Below are positions 8,503 through 18,288 of a stretch of DNA of 39,953 nt, one piece after another. This stretch comes from a virus (Duplodnaviria > Heunggongvirae > Uroviricota > Caudoviricetes). The notes below the pieces were generated by a model that did no database searches, had not been told where the DNA came from, and saw only the letters and a program-made list of their open reading frames with translations. The stretch lies in IMG/VR virus record IMGVR_UViG_2563366923_000006, one strand, 5' to 3'. The first letter of the stretch is position 1. The number at the start of each line of letters is the position of its first letter. The position numbers and the translations under genes are program-made.

Positions 8503-9312
8503 ATGAATAATCTGATGGTCATTGATGGTATTGAAGTTCGTCGTGATGCTTATGGGCGTTACAGCCTGAACGATCTGCATCGCGCAGCAGTAGCATCTGG
8601 TGCAAATGCCAGAACCAAGGAGCCAGGAAAGTTTCTTTCCAGCCAACAAACTGTTGAGCTTGTTCATGAATTAACCAACACCCAGAATTTGGGTGTTGAC
8701 CCGGTGAGTGTGATTCATGGGGGAAATGAACGGGGAACGTATGTCTGTAAGGAACTGGTGTATGCCTATGCAATGTGGATCAGCCCGTCATTCCATCTGA
8801 AGGTGATCCGTACTTTCGATATGGTAACCAGCGCACCGGAAAAATTATCCGGACAGGCTGCTGACAAGATGCAGGCTGGCGTGATTCTGCTGGACTTTAT
8901 GCGCCGGGAGTTAAATCTGTCTAACTCATCTGTGCTTGGGGCCTGTCAGAAACTCCAGGAGGCTGTTGGCTTACCGAATCTGGCACCGCGCTATGCCATT
9001 GATGCACCTGCTGACGCGCCTGATGGCTCAAGCCGCCCGACGCTGTCGCTGAGTGCACTGCTGAAGCAGTATGGTATCCGCCTGACGGCTAATCAGGCAT
9101 ATCACCAGATGGTGAAGCTGGGGATCGTCGAGCAGCGCGAACGATACAGCCGTACCGGGATTAACAACATCAAAAAATTCTGGTCGCTGACGGCGAAAGG
9201 CTGCATGTTCGGCAAGAACATCACCAGTCCCGCAAATCCGCGTGAGACGCAGCCGCATTTCTTCGAATCCCGATTCCCTGAGCTGTTAAAGCTGCTCGAT
9301 ACCGTTCATTGA
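8503..9312 (+). CDS. KilA-N domain protein (antirepressor-like)
   Basis: N-terminal KilA-N-like pattern; AAGAGGAG SD; internal ATG chosen over the longer tracked ORF. Confidence 0.65.
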   Translation: MNNLMVIDGIEVRRDAYGRYSLNDLHRAAVASGANARTKEPGKFLSSQQTVELVHELTNTQNLGVDPVSVIHGGNERGTYVCKELVYAYAMWISPSFHLKVIRTFDMVTSAPEKLSGQAADKMQAGVILLDFMRRELNLSNSSVLGACQKLQEAVGLPNLAPRYAIDAPADAPDGSSRPTLSLSALLKQYGIRLTANQAYHQMVKLGIVEQRERYSRTGINNIKKFWSLTAKGCMFGKNITSPANPRETQPHFFESRFPELLKLLDTVH

Positions 9313-9313
9313 G

Positions 9314-10309
9314 GTGACCGTGAGAGCACTACTGACCCCTGAAATAGCCCCGCGTATGGGGATTGTATTGTTCAGACCAGGTTCAGAGCTGATGCCCCTG
9401 TTTATGCAGGGGCGTGTCCTGCTGGAGCCTGAGCCGGAACGTTATTCATCTTTCGCCAGTGGTGCCGTTCCGGCGGCATCACAACCGCTGGCGGATGATC
9501 CTGCCGTTAGGGCCGTGTTCCGCAATGAGGCAGTGATCCGTCGTGCTGGTGGCGTGGAATGTCTTGAAAGCTGGTTACTTCGTGAAAAAGGCTGCCAGTG
9601 GCCTCATTCCGACTGGCACAGCGAGAACATGACCACAATGCGACACGCGCCGGGCGCGATCCGTCTGTGCTGGCACTGCGATAACCAGCTGCGCGATCAG
9701 TTCACGGAACGGCTGGAATCAATGGCAACGGATAACTGTGCCCGCTGGGTGTTGTCTGTAGTCCGTCGGGATCTCGGTTTTGATGATAACCATGCCGTGA
9801 CAATGCCGGAACTGTGCTGGTGGTTGATTCGTAATGACCTGGCGGATGCCTTACCGGAAAGTGCAGCCCGTAAGGCACTGAGATTACCGAAGCCTGTTGT
9901 GCCGTCTGTCACCCGGGAAAGTGACCTTGTGCCTTCGGTTCCTGCCACCAGCATCATCCAGGATAAGGCGAAAAAGGTGCTGGCGCTGAAAGTGGATCCG
10001 GAGTCGCCGGAGTCTTTTATGTTACGCCCAAAACGCCGCCGCTGGGTTAATGAAAAGTACACGCGCTGGGTTAAGACACAGCCGTGTGCATGTTGTGGAA
10101 AGCCTGCTGATGATCCCCACCACCTGATAGGCCACGGTCAGGGTGGAATGGGTACAAAAGCGCATGACCTCTTTGTGTTGCCTTTGTGCAGAAAGCATCA
10201 CGACGAGCTGCATGCGGATACCGTGGCATTTGAAGAGAAGTATGGCTCTCAGCTGGAGCTGATATTTCGTTTTATCGATCGTGCGCTGGCAATTGGCGTA
10301 TTGGCGTAA
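9314..10309 (+). CDS. DUF968-like phage protein with C-terminal HNH-like Cys/His motifs
   Basis: CACCGK...HHLIGHG...LCRKHHDELH at C-terminus; GTG start. Confidence 0.65.
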   Translation: MTVRALLTPEIAPRMGIVLFRPGSELMPLFMQGRVLLEPEPERYSSFASGAVPAASQPLADDPAVRAVFRNEAVIRRAGGVECLESWLLREKGCQWPHSDWHSENMTTMRHAPGAIRLCWHCDNQLRDQFTERLESMATDNCARWVLSVVRRDLGFDDNHAVTMPELCWWLIRNDLADALPESAARKALRLPKPVVPSVTRESDLVPSVPATSIIQDKAKKVLALKVDPESPESFMLRPKRRRWVNEKYTRWVKTQPCACCGKPADDPHHLIGHGQGGMGTKAHDLFVLPLCRKHHDELHADTVAFEEKYGSQLELIFRFIDRALAIGVLA

Positions 10310-10322
10310 GTGGAGAACGAGC

Positions 10323-11075
10323 ATGAACCTTGAAGCCTTACCAAAATATTACTCCCCAAAATCTCCAAAATTGAGCGATGACGCACCGGCGACAGGCTCA
10401 GGTGGTTTAACGATTACGGATGTGATGGCTGCGCAGGGGATGGTGCAGTCGAAAGCACCGCTTGGGTTTGCCTTATTCCTGGCAAAAGTTGGTGTTCAGG
10501 ATCCTCAATTTGCGATTGAAGGTCTGCTCAATTACGCGATGGCACTGGATAACCCGACATTGAACAAATTGAGTGAAGAAACCCGGTTACAGATCATCCC
10601 TTACCTTGTGAATTTTGCCTTTGCTGATTATTCCAGGTCTGCGGCAAGTAAGGCTCGCTGTGAGCATTGTGCTGGTACTGGATTTCATAATGTATTGCGC
10701 GAAGTGGTGAAACACTCCAGAAGCGGGGAATCTGTTATCAAGGAAGAGTGGGTGAAGGAACTATGTCAGCATTGTCATGGTAAGGGAGAAGTCAGCACAG
10801 CGTGCAGAGGGTGTAAGGGTAAAGGTATTGTCCTGGATGAAAAAAGGACCCGGCTTCATGGCACGCCTGTTTATAAGATTTGTGGGCGTTGCAATGGAAA
10901 CCGGTTTAGCCGTTTACCAACCACACTGGCGCGGCATCATGTCCAGAAGCTGGTACCAGACCTGACGGATTATCAGTGGTACAAAGGATATGCAGATGTC
11001 ATTGATAAACTGGTTACAAAGTGCTGGCAGGAAGAAGCATATGCAGAGATACAATTGAGAAAGGTGACAAGATAA
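10323..11075 (+). CDS. Putative late-gene antiterminator (Q-like) with four CxxCxGxG zinc-finger repeats
   Basis: Position just upstream of the late promoter; CEHCAGTG, CQHCHGKG, CRGCKGKG, CGRCNGNR repeats. Confidence 0.55.
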   Translation: MNLEALPKYYSPKSPKLSDDAPATGSGGLTITDVMAAQGMVQSKAPLGFALFLAKVGVQDPQFAIEGLLNYAMALDNPTLNKLSEETRLQIIPYLVNFAFADYSRSAASKARCEHCAGTGFHNVLREVVKHSRSGESVIKEEWVKELCQHCHGKGEVSTACRGCKGKGIVLDEKRTRLHGTPVYKICGRCNGNRFSRLPTTLARHHVQKLVPDLTDYQWYKGYADVIDKLVTKCWQEEAYAEIQLRKVTR

Positions 11076-11106
11076 ATGGTTTTCGCCGAAGATGACGACA
11101 TGATGC

Positions 11107-11135
11107 TTGCATTTTTCAAAAAATATGGATAAGAT
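11107..11135 (+). promoter_or_regulatory. Late promoter candidate (TTGCAT-N17-TAAGAT)
   Basis: Near-consensus -35/-10 with 17-bp spacer immediately after the Q-like gene. Confidence 0.5.
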
Positions 11136-11182
11136 TTTCCCAACGATGGGCTTTGTATGTCTACCGTTGATAAGATTTAGGA

Positions 11183-11206
11183 ACCCGCCACTGAGCGGGT
11201 TTTTTG
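11183..11206 (+). terminator. Rho-independent terminator downstream of late promoter (tR'-like)
   Basis: ACCCGC-CACTGA-GCGGGT hairpin followed by TTTTTT. Confidence 0.65.
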
Positions 11207-11327
11207 TACCTGTAAACTTGGTGCAGTACAGTAAACACGCTGGTGGTCGTGAATACTGACTTTTTATCTTGCTGGATTTTTAGACAAGAGTTATTGGTAT
11301 GTCATGTTAACCAGAAGGGAAAAAGAC

Positions 11328-11531
11328 ATGCTAAAACAGCAAGATATGACAGAAACCGCCGCCGCAGTCCTTCATTTCTTACCTGCTGACAAGTGGGTAA
11401 CGCCACGCATGATGACGAGAACTACCGGAGTAAGCGAAGCCCGGTGCCAGTTAATACTGACTCAGTTAGTTCTGGCGGGTCTGGCGAAGGATAACGGCGG
11501 GTACGGGAATAAATTCAGACGCTGCCAGTAA
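11328..11531 (+). CDS. Hypothetical small protein
   Basis: AAGGGA upstream of internal ATG; 67 aa. Confidence 0.4.
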   Translation: MLKQQDMTETAAAVLHFLPADKWVTPRMMTRTTGVSEARCQLILTQLVLAGLAKDNGGYGNKFRRCQ

Positions 11532-11681
11532 TGGCGGTTTCCTGCTGTGAAAATGGGCGGCTGGTGGGTGTTGGTAGCACCTGCCAGCCATTCGCTCATG
11601 CTTACTGGTCACAAGCGAACCACGGCCCACTGCTTTAGCGCAAAAGCAGAGTGAGCCTACCAGAGTTACGCTTACTGATCC

Positions 11682-12734
11682 ATGAAAAATACTGTAAAAA
11701 TAAACAGTGTTGATTTAATCAACGCTGATTGCCTGCATTTTATTCAGTCCCTGCCTGATGATTCCATTGACCTGATTGTTACCGATCCGCCTTACTTCAA
11801 GGTGAAACCTAACGGTTGGGACAATCAGTGGAAAGGGGACGAAGATTACCTTAAGTGGCTGGACCACTGTCTGGCCCAGTTCTGGCGGGTGTTGAAACCT
11901 GCCGGAAGCCTTTACCTGTTCTGTGGGCATCGCCTGGCATCTGATATTGAGATCATGATGCGTGAACGTTTCAACGTGCTTAACCATATCATCTGGGCGA
12001 AGCCGTCCGGACGTTGGAATGGGTGTAATAAAGAAAGTCTGCGCGCATATTTTCCTGCCACAGAGCGCGTTCTGTTTGCTGAACATTACCAGGGGCCATA
12101 TCGCGGCAAAAGTGACGGCTATGCGGCAAAAGAAAGGGAACTCAAACAGCACATAATGGCACCGCTGATATCGTATTTCAGGGATGCTCGTGCCGAACTG
12201 GGTATAACGGCAAAACAAATTGCCGAAGCCACAGGTAAGAAAAATATGGTTTCCCACTGGTTTGGTGCCAGTCAGTGGCAGTTGCCGAATGAGGCTGACT
12301 ATCGGAAGTTACAGGCACTGTTTTCCCGTATAGCGGCAGAGAAGTTTCAGGAACAACAACTGGAACAACCACACCACCAGCTGGTGGCATCTTATGATTC
12401 ACTGAATCGCAAATATTCTGAATTGCTGGATGAGTTTAAATCTCTCCGGCGCTATTTCTCCGTATCAGTTTCCGTGCCTTATACCGATGTCTGGACGCAT
12501 AAGCCCGTTCAGTTCTATCCGGGTAAACATCCGTGCGAGAAACCGGCGGATATGCTCCGGCAAATAATCAATGCCAGTAGTCGACCTGGTGATCTGGTTG
12601 CTGATTTCTTTATGGGATCCGGTTCCACAATAAAAGCAGCAATGGCGCTGGGGCGTCGGGCGTTAGGTGTTGAACTTGAGTCAGAGCGGTTTAATCAGAC
12701 GGTGAAAGAGGTAAGTGAACTGGTGGGGAAATAA
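11682..12734 (+). CDS. Orphan DNA N6-adenine/N4-cytosine methyltransferase (DPPY motif)
   Basis: IVTDPPY motif and later FxGxG; no adjacent restriction gene. Confidence 0.8.
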   Translation: MKNTVKINSVDLINADCLHFIQSLPDDSIDLIVTDPPYFKVKPNGWDNQWKGDEDYLKWLDHCLAQFWRVLKPAGSLYLFCGHRLASDIEIMMRERFNVLNHIIWAKPSGRWNGCNKESLRAYFPATERVLFAEHYQGPYRGKSDGYAAKERELKQHIMAPLISYFRDARAELGITAKQIAEATGKKNMVSHWFGASQWQLPNEADYRKLQALFSRIAAEKFQEQQLEQPHHQLVASYDSLNRKYSELLDEFKSLRRYFSVSVSVPYTDVWTHKPVQFYPGKHPCEKPADMLRQIINASSRPGDLVADFFMGSGSTIKAAMALGRRALGVELESERFNQTVKEVSELVGK

Positions 12735-12741
12735 TTCTGGT

Positions 12742-12766
12742 GGCCACGTTGCGTGGCCTTTTTATT
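12742..12766 (+). terminator. Rho-independent terminator after methyltransferase
   Basis: GGCCAC-loop-GTGGCC followed by TTTTT. Confidence 0.55.
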
Positions 12767-12810
12767 TCCAACACAGCACCCGCAAATATCGCGAGGTGAG
12801 AGATGACGAA

Positions 12811-13146
12811 ATGCCTCATAACCCAAATACCTGGCCGGACTGGCTGGAGTTGTTTCAGAGCTGGTGGCGTGGAGACACACCGCTGGGTGCAGTGATTATG
12901 TCGATCGTTATGGCTGGTTTGCGCATCGCCTATTTTGGCGGTGGTGGTGGCTGGAAGCGAAAAACGCTCGAGATTTTGCTATGTGGCGCTCTGACGCTGA
13001 CCTTTGCATCCGCTCTTGAGTATGTCGGATGGCCTAAATCGCTTTCTGTTGCCATTGGTGGTGGCGTGGGGCTGATCGGTGTCGATGCTATTCGTGGGGC
13101 TGCAATGCGAGTAATCGGTAACAAATTTGGTAGCTCGAAGGAGTAA
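12811..13146 (+). CDS. Holin (lambda S-like)
   Basis: Transmembrane-segment pattern and position immediately before the endolysin; GAGGTGAGAG upstream. Confidence 0.7.
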   Translation: MPHNPNTWPDWLELFQSWWRGDTPLGAVIMSIVMAGLRIAYFGGGGGWKRKTLEILLCGALTLTFASALEYVGWPKSLSVAIGGGVGLIGVDAIRGAAMRVIGNKFGSSKE

Positions 13147-13149
13147 TTT

Positions 13150-13626
13150 ATGCAGGCACTAAATTCCCAGCGTAAAGCTTTCCTGGATATGGTGGCATGG
13201 TCAGAAGGAACGGATAACGGGCGACAACCGACACGTAACCACGGTTATGATGTTATTGTTGGTGGCGAACTGTTCACTGATTACTCCGATCACCCTCGCA
13301 AACTTGTCACGCTAAACCCCAAACTCAAATCAACAGCCGCCGGACGTTACCAGCTTCTTTCACGCTGGTGGGATGCTTACCGTAAACAGCTTGGCCTGAA
13401 AGATTTTTCTCCAGAAAGCCAGGACGCTGTAGCTCTGCAACAGATTAAAGAGCGTGGCGCTTTACCGATGATTGACCGCGGTGATATTCGTCAGGCAATC
13501 GACCGTTGCAGCAATATCTGGGCTTCACTGCCGGGCGCTGGTTATGGCCAGTTCGAGCATAAGGCTGACAGCCTGATTGCAAAATTCAAAGAAGCAGGCG
13601 GAACGGTCAGAGAGATTGAGGTATGA
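13150..13626 (+). CDS. R: Endolysin, lambda R-type lytic transglycosylase
   Basis: Near-identical over most of its length to lambda R as recalled ([20 protein letters not shown] ...). Confidence 0.9.
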   Translation: MQALNSQRKAFLDMVAWSEGTDNGRQPTRNHGYDVIVGGELFTDYSDHPRKLVTLNPKLKSTAAGRYQLLSRWWDAYRKQLGLKDFSPESQDAVALQQIKERGALPMIDRGDIRQAIDRCSNIWASLPGAGYGQFEHKADSLIAKFKEAGGTVREIEV

Positions 13627-14090
13627 GCAGAGTCACCGCGATTATCTCCGCTCTGGTTATCTGCATCATCGTCTGCCTGTCATGGGCTGTTAATCATTAC
13701 CGTGATAACGCCATCGCCTACAAAGAGCAGCGCGATAAAAAAGGCAGTGAGCTGAAGCAGGCGACTGCCACCATTACTGACATGCAGCAGCGCCAGCGTA
13801 CTGCTGATGCACTCGATGCTAAATACACGAAGGAGTTAGCTGATGCGAAAGCTGAAAATGATGCTCTTCGGCGCGAGCTTGATAATGGTGGTAGGGTGCT
13901 CGTCAAAGGAAAATGCCCTATGCCATCCTCAGCCGAAACCTCCAGCGCCTCCGGCATGGGCAATGATGCCTCCGTCGAACTCTCTCCAGTTGCTGGACGA
14001 AACGTTCTCGGTATCCGGGACGGAATTATCCGCGACCAAACAGCACTGAGAACGCTTCAGGAATACATCAGGACGCAATGCCTGAAATAA
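13623..14090 (+). CDS. Rz: Rz inner-membrane spanin
   Basis: [30 protein letters not shown] matches lambda Rz N-terminus. Confidence 0.85.
   Translation: MSRVTAIISALVICIIVCLSWAVNHYRDNAIAYKEQRDKKGSELKQATATITDMQQRQRTADALDAKYTKELADAKAENDALRRELDNGGRVLVKGKCPMPSSAETSSASGMGNDASVELSPVAGRNVLGIRDGIIRDQTALRTLQEYIRTQCLK
13843..14049 (+). CDS. Rz1: Rz1 outer-membrane lipoprotein spanin, embedded in +1 frame within Rz
   Basis: Lipobox-like VVGCSS and proline-rich PPAPPAW segment. Confidence 0.7.
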   Translation: MRKLKMMLFGASLIMVVGCSSKENALCHPQPKPPAPPAWAMMPPSNSLQLLDETFSVSGTELSATKQH

Positions 14091-14122
14091 TTTTTTTGCA
14101 AATCACAAAGTCCATTTAATGA

Positions 14123-14146
14123 GCCTCGCGATGCGGGGCTTTTTTA
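14123..14146 (+). terminator. Rho-independent terminator after lysis cassette
   Basis: Hairpin followed by TTTTTT. Confidence 0.5.
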
Positions 14147-14288
14147 TGTCCGCAGTAAACGCGCATCTCACGCGCATATTAACGAGAGCCTTTCAGTAAG
14201 CGAGCCTGAGAAATGCCGTTATAGGTGGCGACCTCTCTCGGGCGGCTTTTCTGTGAGACAGGCTCACTTTCTAAAAGGTAAAGACGCT

Positions 14289-14786
14289 ATGAAAGCAATC
14301 ACGCTTTTTAATACACCGATCCGTGTTGATGAATCAGGAATGATCTGCCTCACTGATATGTGGAAAGCCAGTGGTAAAAGTGAATCTGAATCTCCGTACC
14401 ACTACCTGCGAAACAAGCAGACCAAAGAGTTCTTAGCCGAGCTGGAGAAAAACCACGAATCTGTGGTTTTTACTGAGCGCGGTGTACACGGTGGAACATA
14501 TGGCGGGAAGTTTGTTGCTTACGATTATGCGGCTTGGTTAAACCCCGGGTTCAAGTACGCGGCCTATAAAGTCCTCGATGACTACTTCACTGGAGAACTT
14601 CAGCATCGCAACAGCTTAAGTGCGCAGCTCAACATGAAATGTCATGAGTTTGACCAGAAGAAAGACATGGCGAGCTTCTGCGGACAAGGGCTGGCGGCAT
14701 GGCGCTATACGAAGCCAGTGTTGGTCGCTGAGATTAACTCCCTGGCTAACCAGCTGCAGATTACGATCCCCGGGCTTCCGGGATGA
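14289..14786 (+). CDS. KilA-N domain protein (second copy)
   Basis: KilA-N-like pattern; AAGGTAAAG upstream of ATG. Confidence 0.55.
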   Translation: MKAITLFNTPIRVDESGMICLTDMWKASGKSESESPYHYLRNKQTKEFLAELEKNHESVVFTERGVHGGTYGGKFVAYDYAAWLNPGFKYAAYKVLDDYFTGELQHRNSLSAQLNMKCHEFDQKKDMASFCGQGLAAWRYTKPVLVAEINSLANQLQITIPGLPG

Positions 14787-15040
14787 GTGATCGTGTCATT
14801 GAATGCGCCTCCAGAGCGGGGCGCGACTTCTCAGAGTTCATGAAAGGCGAGAAGGGCATGATGGAAGCATTGGCCTCGGTGGATGAGTTTGGCGAGCAGC
14901 TGCGCCTCAACGGCTGTGTCAATCATCACTTTGTTAGCTACATGATGCGGAACTCGATCATGCAGGCATTCATGGACATGGCAAAAGCCGAGAGGAAAGA
15001 AGAGCGCCGGCGTAAGCGAGCGGAAGCAAAAGCGAAGTAG
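14783..15040 (+). CDS. Hypothetical protein
   Basis: 85 aa, ATGA overlap with the preceding gene. Confidence 0.4.
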   Translation: MSDRVIECASRAGRDFSEFMKGEKGMMEALASVDEFGEQLRLNGCVNHHFVSYMMRNSIMQAFMDMAKAERKEERRRKRAEAKAK

Positions 15041-15393
15041 CCATTACAAAGCCCATCTACGGGTGGGCTTGATAATGAAACCGGAATTTATTCTGGGTAA
15101 CCAGTTACGGCAGTACAGCGATACAACCCAAGCCAGTAAGTGGGGAAATAACACTGGCAGCCACTGAAAGATGAACCTCCAGCCTTATGGCAAAAAAGAT
15201 TCTTTGTGGTGGCGGACTGATGGAAAGACATCGGTTATTGCAGAGACCATTCAATGAGTGGTCTCGACAATGGCTTATACCCTACACGGGATAACTTAAC
15301 TGATATCCCTTTTAACGGATAAACGGAGCCAACAATGGCAGAGAATGTCGGCATTATGGCAGTGAAATTTGGATAAATCGGAGATTAGTACAT

Positions 15394-15744
15394 ATGCCGC
15401 CACGAATCCCAAAAGCCTGCCGTGTTCGCGGTTGCCGCCATACCACCACAGATCCGTCAGGCTATTGTGAAAGCCACAAAAGCGAAGGCTGGACGCAATA
15501 TAAGCCAGGTCAGTCCCGTCACCAGCGCGGTTATGGTTCGAAGTGGGACGTTATCCGCGCGCGTGTGCTGAAGCGTGACAAAGGCCTGTGCCAGTTGTGC
15601 CTGCGTGCCGGTGTGGTACGTGAGGCGAAAACCGTTGACCACATCATCCCTAAAGCGCATGGCGGCACAGATGCCGACAGCAATCTGCAGAGCCTGTGCT
15701 GGCCGTGCCATAAGGCGAAGACGGCCCGTGAACGGCTAAAGTGA
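15394..15744 (+). CDS. HNH endonuclease (packaging-associated)
   Basis: Cys-rich N-terminus, DHIIPKAHGG and CWPCH HNH motifs; precedes terminase. Confidence 0.8.
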   Translation: MPPRIPKACRVRGCRHTTTDPSGYCESHKSEGWTQYKPGQSRHQRGYGSKWDVIRARVLKRDKGLCQLCLRAGVVREAKTVDHIIPKAHGGTDADSNLQSLCWPCHKAKTARERLK

Positions 15745-15770
15745 TAATAATTCTCAACTGTCTGAGGGGA

Positions 15771-15830
15771 GGGGCGGGTCAAATCCCTGTGACCTGACGT
15801 CTTCCGGACTGCCCGCCCCATCGTTTTTTT
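15771..15830 (+). terminator. Long GC-rich hairpin (GGGGCGGG ... CCCGCCCC) followed by T7 run; terminator and/or cos-region structure
   Basis: Inverted repeat and T-run read directly between HNH and terS. Confidence 0.45.
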
Positions 15831-15869
15831 ATACCCGCGAAAAATGAAATTTAACCAGGAGTGCCGCAT

Positions 15870-16364
15870 ATGGCTGGAACGGCGGGGCGTTCCGGGCGTC
15901 GCCCCAAGCCAACGGCGCGCAAGGCGCTGGCCGGAAACCCCGGCAAGCGAGCCCTGAACAAAGATGAACCTGTTTTTACGCCCATCAAAGGTGTTGAGCC
16001 ACCAGAGTGGTTCGCTGAAGAAGATCTCCCTCTCGCCACGATCATGTGGCAACTGACAACCAAAGAACTCTGCGGTCAGGGCCTGTTGTGCGTGACTGAC
16101 CTCGCGGTGCTTGAGCGGTGGTGCGTGGCCTATGAGTTCTGGCGACGTGCCGTGAAAAATATTGCCATACAGGGCAACACCATCACCGGTGCAATGGGCG
16201 GCAGGGTCAAAAATCCGGAGCTGACCGCCAAAAAAGAACAGGAGTCCGAGATGAGCAGCACGGGGGCAATGCTCGGACTCGACCCCAGCAGCCGCCAGCG
16301 TCTGATTGGCCTGGCGGGGCAGAAGAAAGCCACTAACCCGTTTCTGAAAATCATCGAGTCATGA
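15870..16364 (+). CDS. Terminase small subunit (P27 family-like)
   Basis: AGGAG 9 nt upstream of ATG; immediately precedes the large terminase. Confidence 0.7.
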   Translation: MAGTAGRSGRRPKPTARKALAGNPGKRALNKDEPVFTPIKGVEPPEWFAEEDLPLATIMWQLTTKELCGQGLLCVTDLAVLERWCVAYEFWRRAVKNIAIQGNTITGAMGGRVKNPELTAKKEQESEMSSTGAMLGLDPSSRQRLIGLAGQKKATNPFLKIIES

Positions 16365-18094
16365 GCCGGAAATCTTACCCCAACGTAAATGCTGCCAATC
16401 AGTATGCCCGTGATGTTGTGCGCGGAAAGATTGTGGCCTGCCAGTTTGTGATTCAGGCCTGCCAGCGCCATCTTGATGACCTGATGGCGGAAAAAAGTAA
16501 GTCGTTTCGTTACCGCTTCGACAAGGACCTGGCTGAACGGGCCGCCAAATTTATTCAGCTGTTGCCGCACACCAAGGGTGAGTGGGCATTCAAGAGGATG
16601 CCCATCACGCTGGAGCCGTGGCAGCTATTTGTGGTCTGCTGTGCGTTTGGCTGGGTCAATAAAGGGTCCCGGCTGCGCCGCTTCCGGGAGGTGTATACCG
16701 AAATCCCCCGTAAGAACGGCAAATCGGCAATCTCTGCCGGTGTTGCCCTGTATTGTTTTGCCTGTGATAACGAGTTTGGCGCGGAAGTGTATTCCGGTGC
16801 CACGACAGAGAAACAGGCGTGGGAAGTCTTTCGCCCGGCGCGACTGATGTGTAAACGCACACCCATGCTGACGGAAGCGTTCGGGATTGAGGTTAACGCC
16901 TCAAACATGAATCGTCCGGAGGATGGCGCGCGGTTTGAACCGCTGATCGGTAACCCCGGTGATGGTTCATCACCCCACTGTGCGGTGGTGGATGAATATC
17001 ACGAGCACGCCACCGATGCGCTTTACACCACGATGCTTACCGGGATGGGGGCGCGACGTCAGCCACTGATGTGGGCCATTACTACTGCCGGGTACAACAT
17101 TGAGGGGCCGTGCTACGACAAGCGAAGGGAAGTTATCGAGATGCTCAACGGGTCGGTACCCAACGATGAACTGTTCGGGATCATCTATACCGTTGACGAA
17201 GGCGATGACTGGACCGACCCGCAGGTGCTGGAAAAAGCTAACCCGAATATTGGCGTGTCGGTTTATCGCGAATTTTTGTTAAGTCAGCAGCAGCGTGCGA
17301 AAAATAACGCCCGTCTGGCAAACGTCTTTAAAACAAAACACCTCAATATCTGGGTGTCGGCGCGTTCGGCGTATTTCAACCTGGTGAGCTGGCAGAGCTG
17401 CGAGGATAAATCACTGACCCTTGAGCAGTTCGAGGGGCAGCCGTGCATTCTGGCCTTTGACCTGGCGCGTAAGCTGGATATGAACAGCATGGCGCGACTT
17501 TATACCCGCGAGATTGACGGTAAAACGCATTACTACAGTGTGGCCCCGCGTTTCTGGGTACCGTATGACACGGTGTACAGCGTCGAGAAAAATGAAGATC
17601 GCCGGACAGCCGAACGCTTTCAGAAATGGGTGGAAATGGGCGTCCTGACCGTTACCGATGGTGCAGAGGTGGATTATCGCTACATCCTCGAAGAGGCCAA
17701 AGCGGCGAACAAAATCAGCCCGGTCAGCGAGTCACCCATCGACCCCTTCGGGGCGACCGGGCTGTCACATGACCTTGCTGATGAAGACCTGAATCCCATC
17801 ACCATCATTCAGAACTACACCAACATGTCCGACCCGATGAAAGAGCTGGAAGCGGCAATTGAATCGGGGCGCTTTCATCATGATGGCAATCCCATCATGA
17901 CCTGGTGTATCGGCAACGTGATCGGCAAAACCATTCCGGGTAACGATGATGTGGTGAAGCCCGTCAAAGAGCAGGCGGAAAACAAAATCGATGGTGCAGT
18001 TGCGCTGATTATGGCGGTTGGCAGAGCCATGCTGTATGAGAAAGAAGACACGCTGTCCGACCACATTGAGTCCTACGGGATCCGCTCGCTTTAA
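16361..18094 (+). CDS. Terminase large subunit
   Basis: 577 aa with ATPase and nuclease regions typical of HK97-type large terminases. Confidence 0.9.
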
Positions 18095-18105
18095 CTGAGG
18101 TAATT

Positions 18106-18288
18106 ATGATCATGCTGATTCTCGCGCCTCTGGTGGGCGTGCTGGGTGCGCTTTTGCTGGCGTATGGTGCCTGGCTGATTTATCCCCCGGCGGGGTTTGT
18201 TGTTGCCGGGGCGTTGTGCCTGTTCTGGTCGTGGCTGGTGGCGCGATATCTCGACCGTACACAGTCGTCTGTCGGCGGAGGTAAATAG
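18106..18288 (+). CDS. Small hydrophobic protein
   Basis: 60 aa, predicted membrane helices; GAGG SD. Confidence 0.45.

Noticed and set aside
11715-12257. 180-aa minus-strand ORF inside the methyltransferase gene (similar shadow ORFs at 18303-18878, 22785-23375, 28834-29373)
   Set aside because: Antisense ORFs within well-supported genes, without SDs and with low-complexity translations.
12715-12810. Extended holin start (MNWWGNNSGG...)
   Set aside because: It overlaps the methyltransferase terminator; the ATG at 12811 has a proper SD.
15771-15800. tRNA T-loop-like GGGTCAAATCCC
   Set aside because: No acceptor stem or cloverleaf could be built; the sequence is one arm of the long terminator hairpin.
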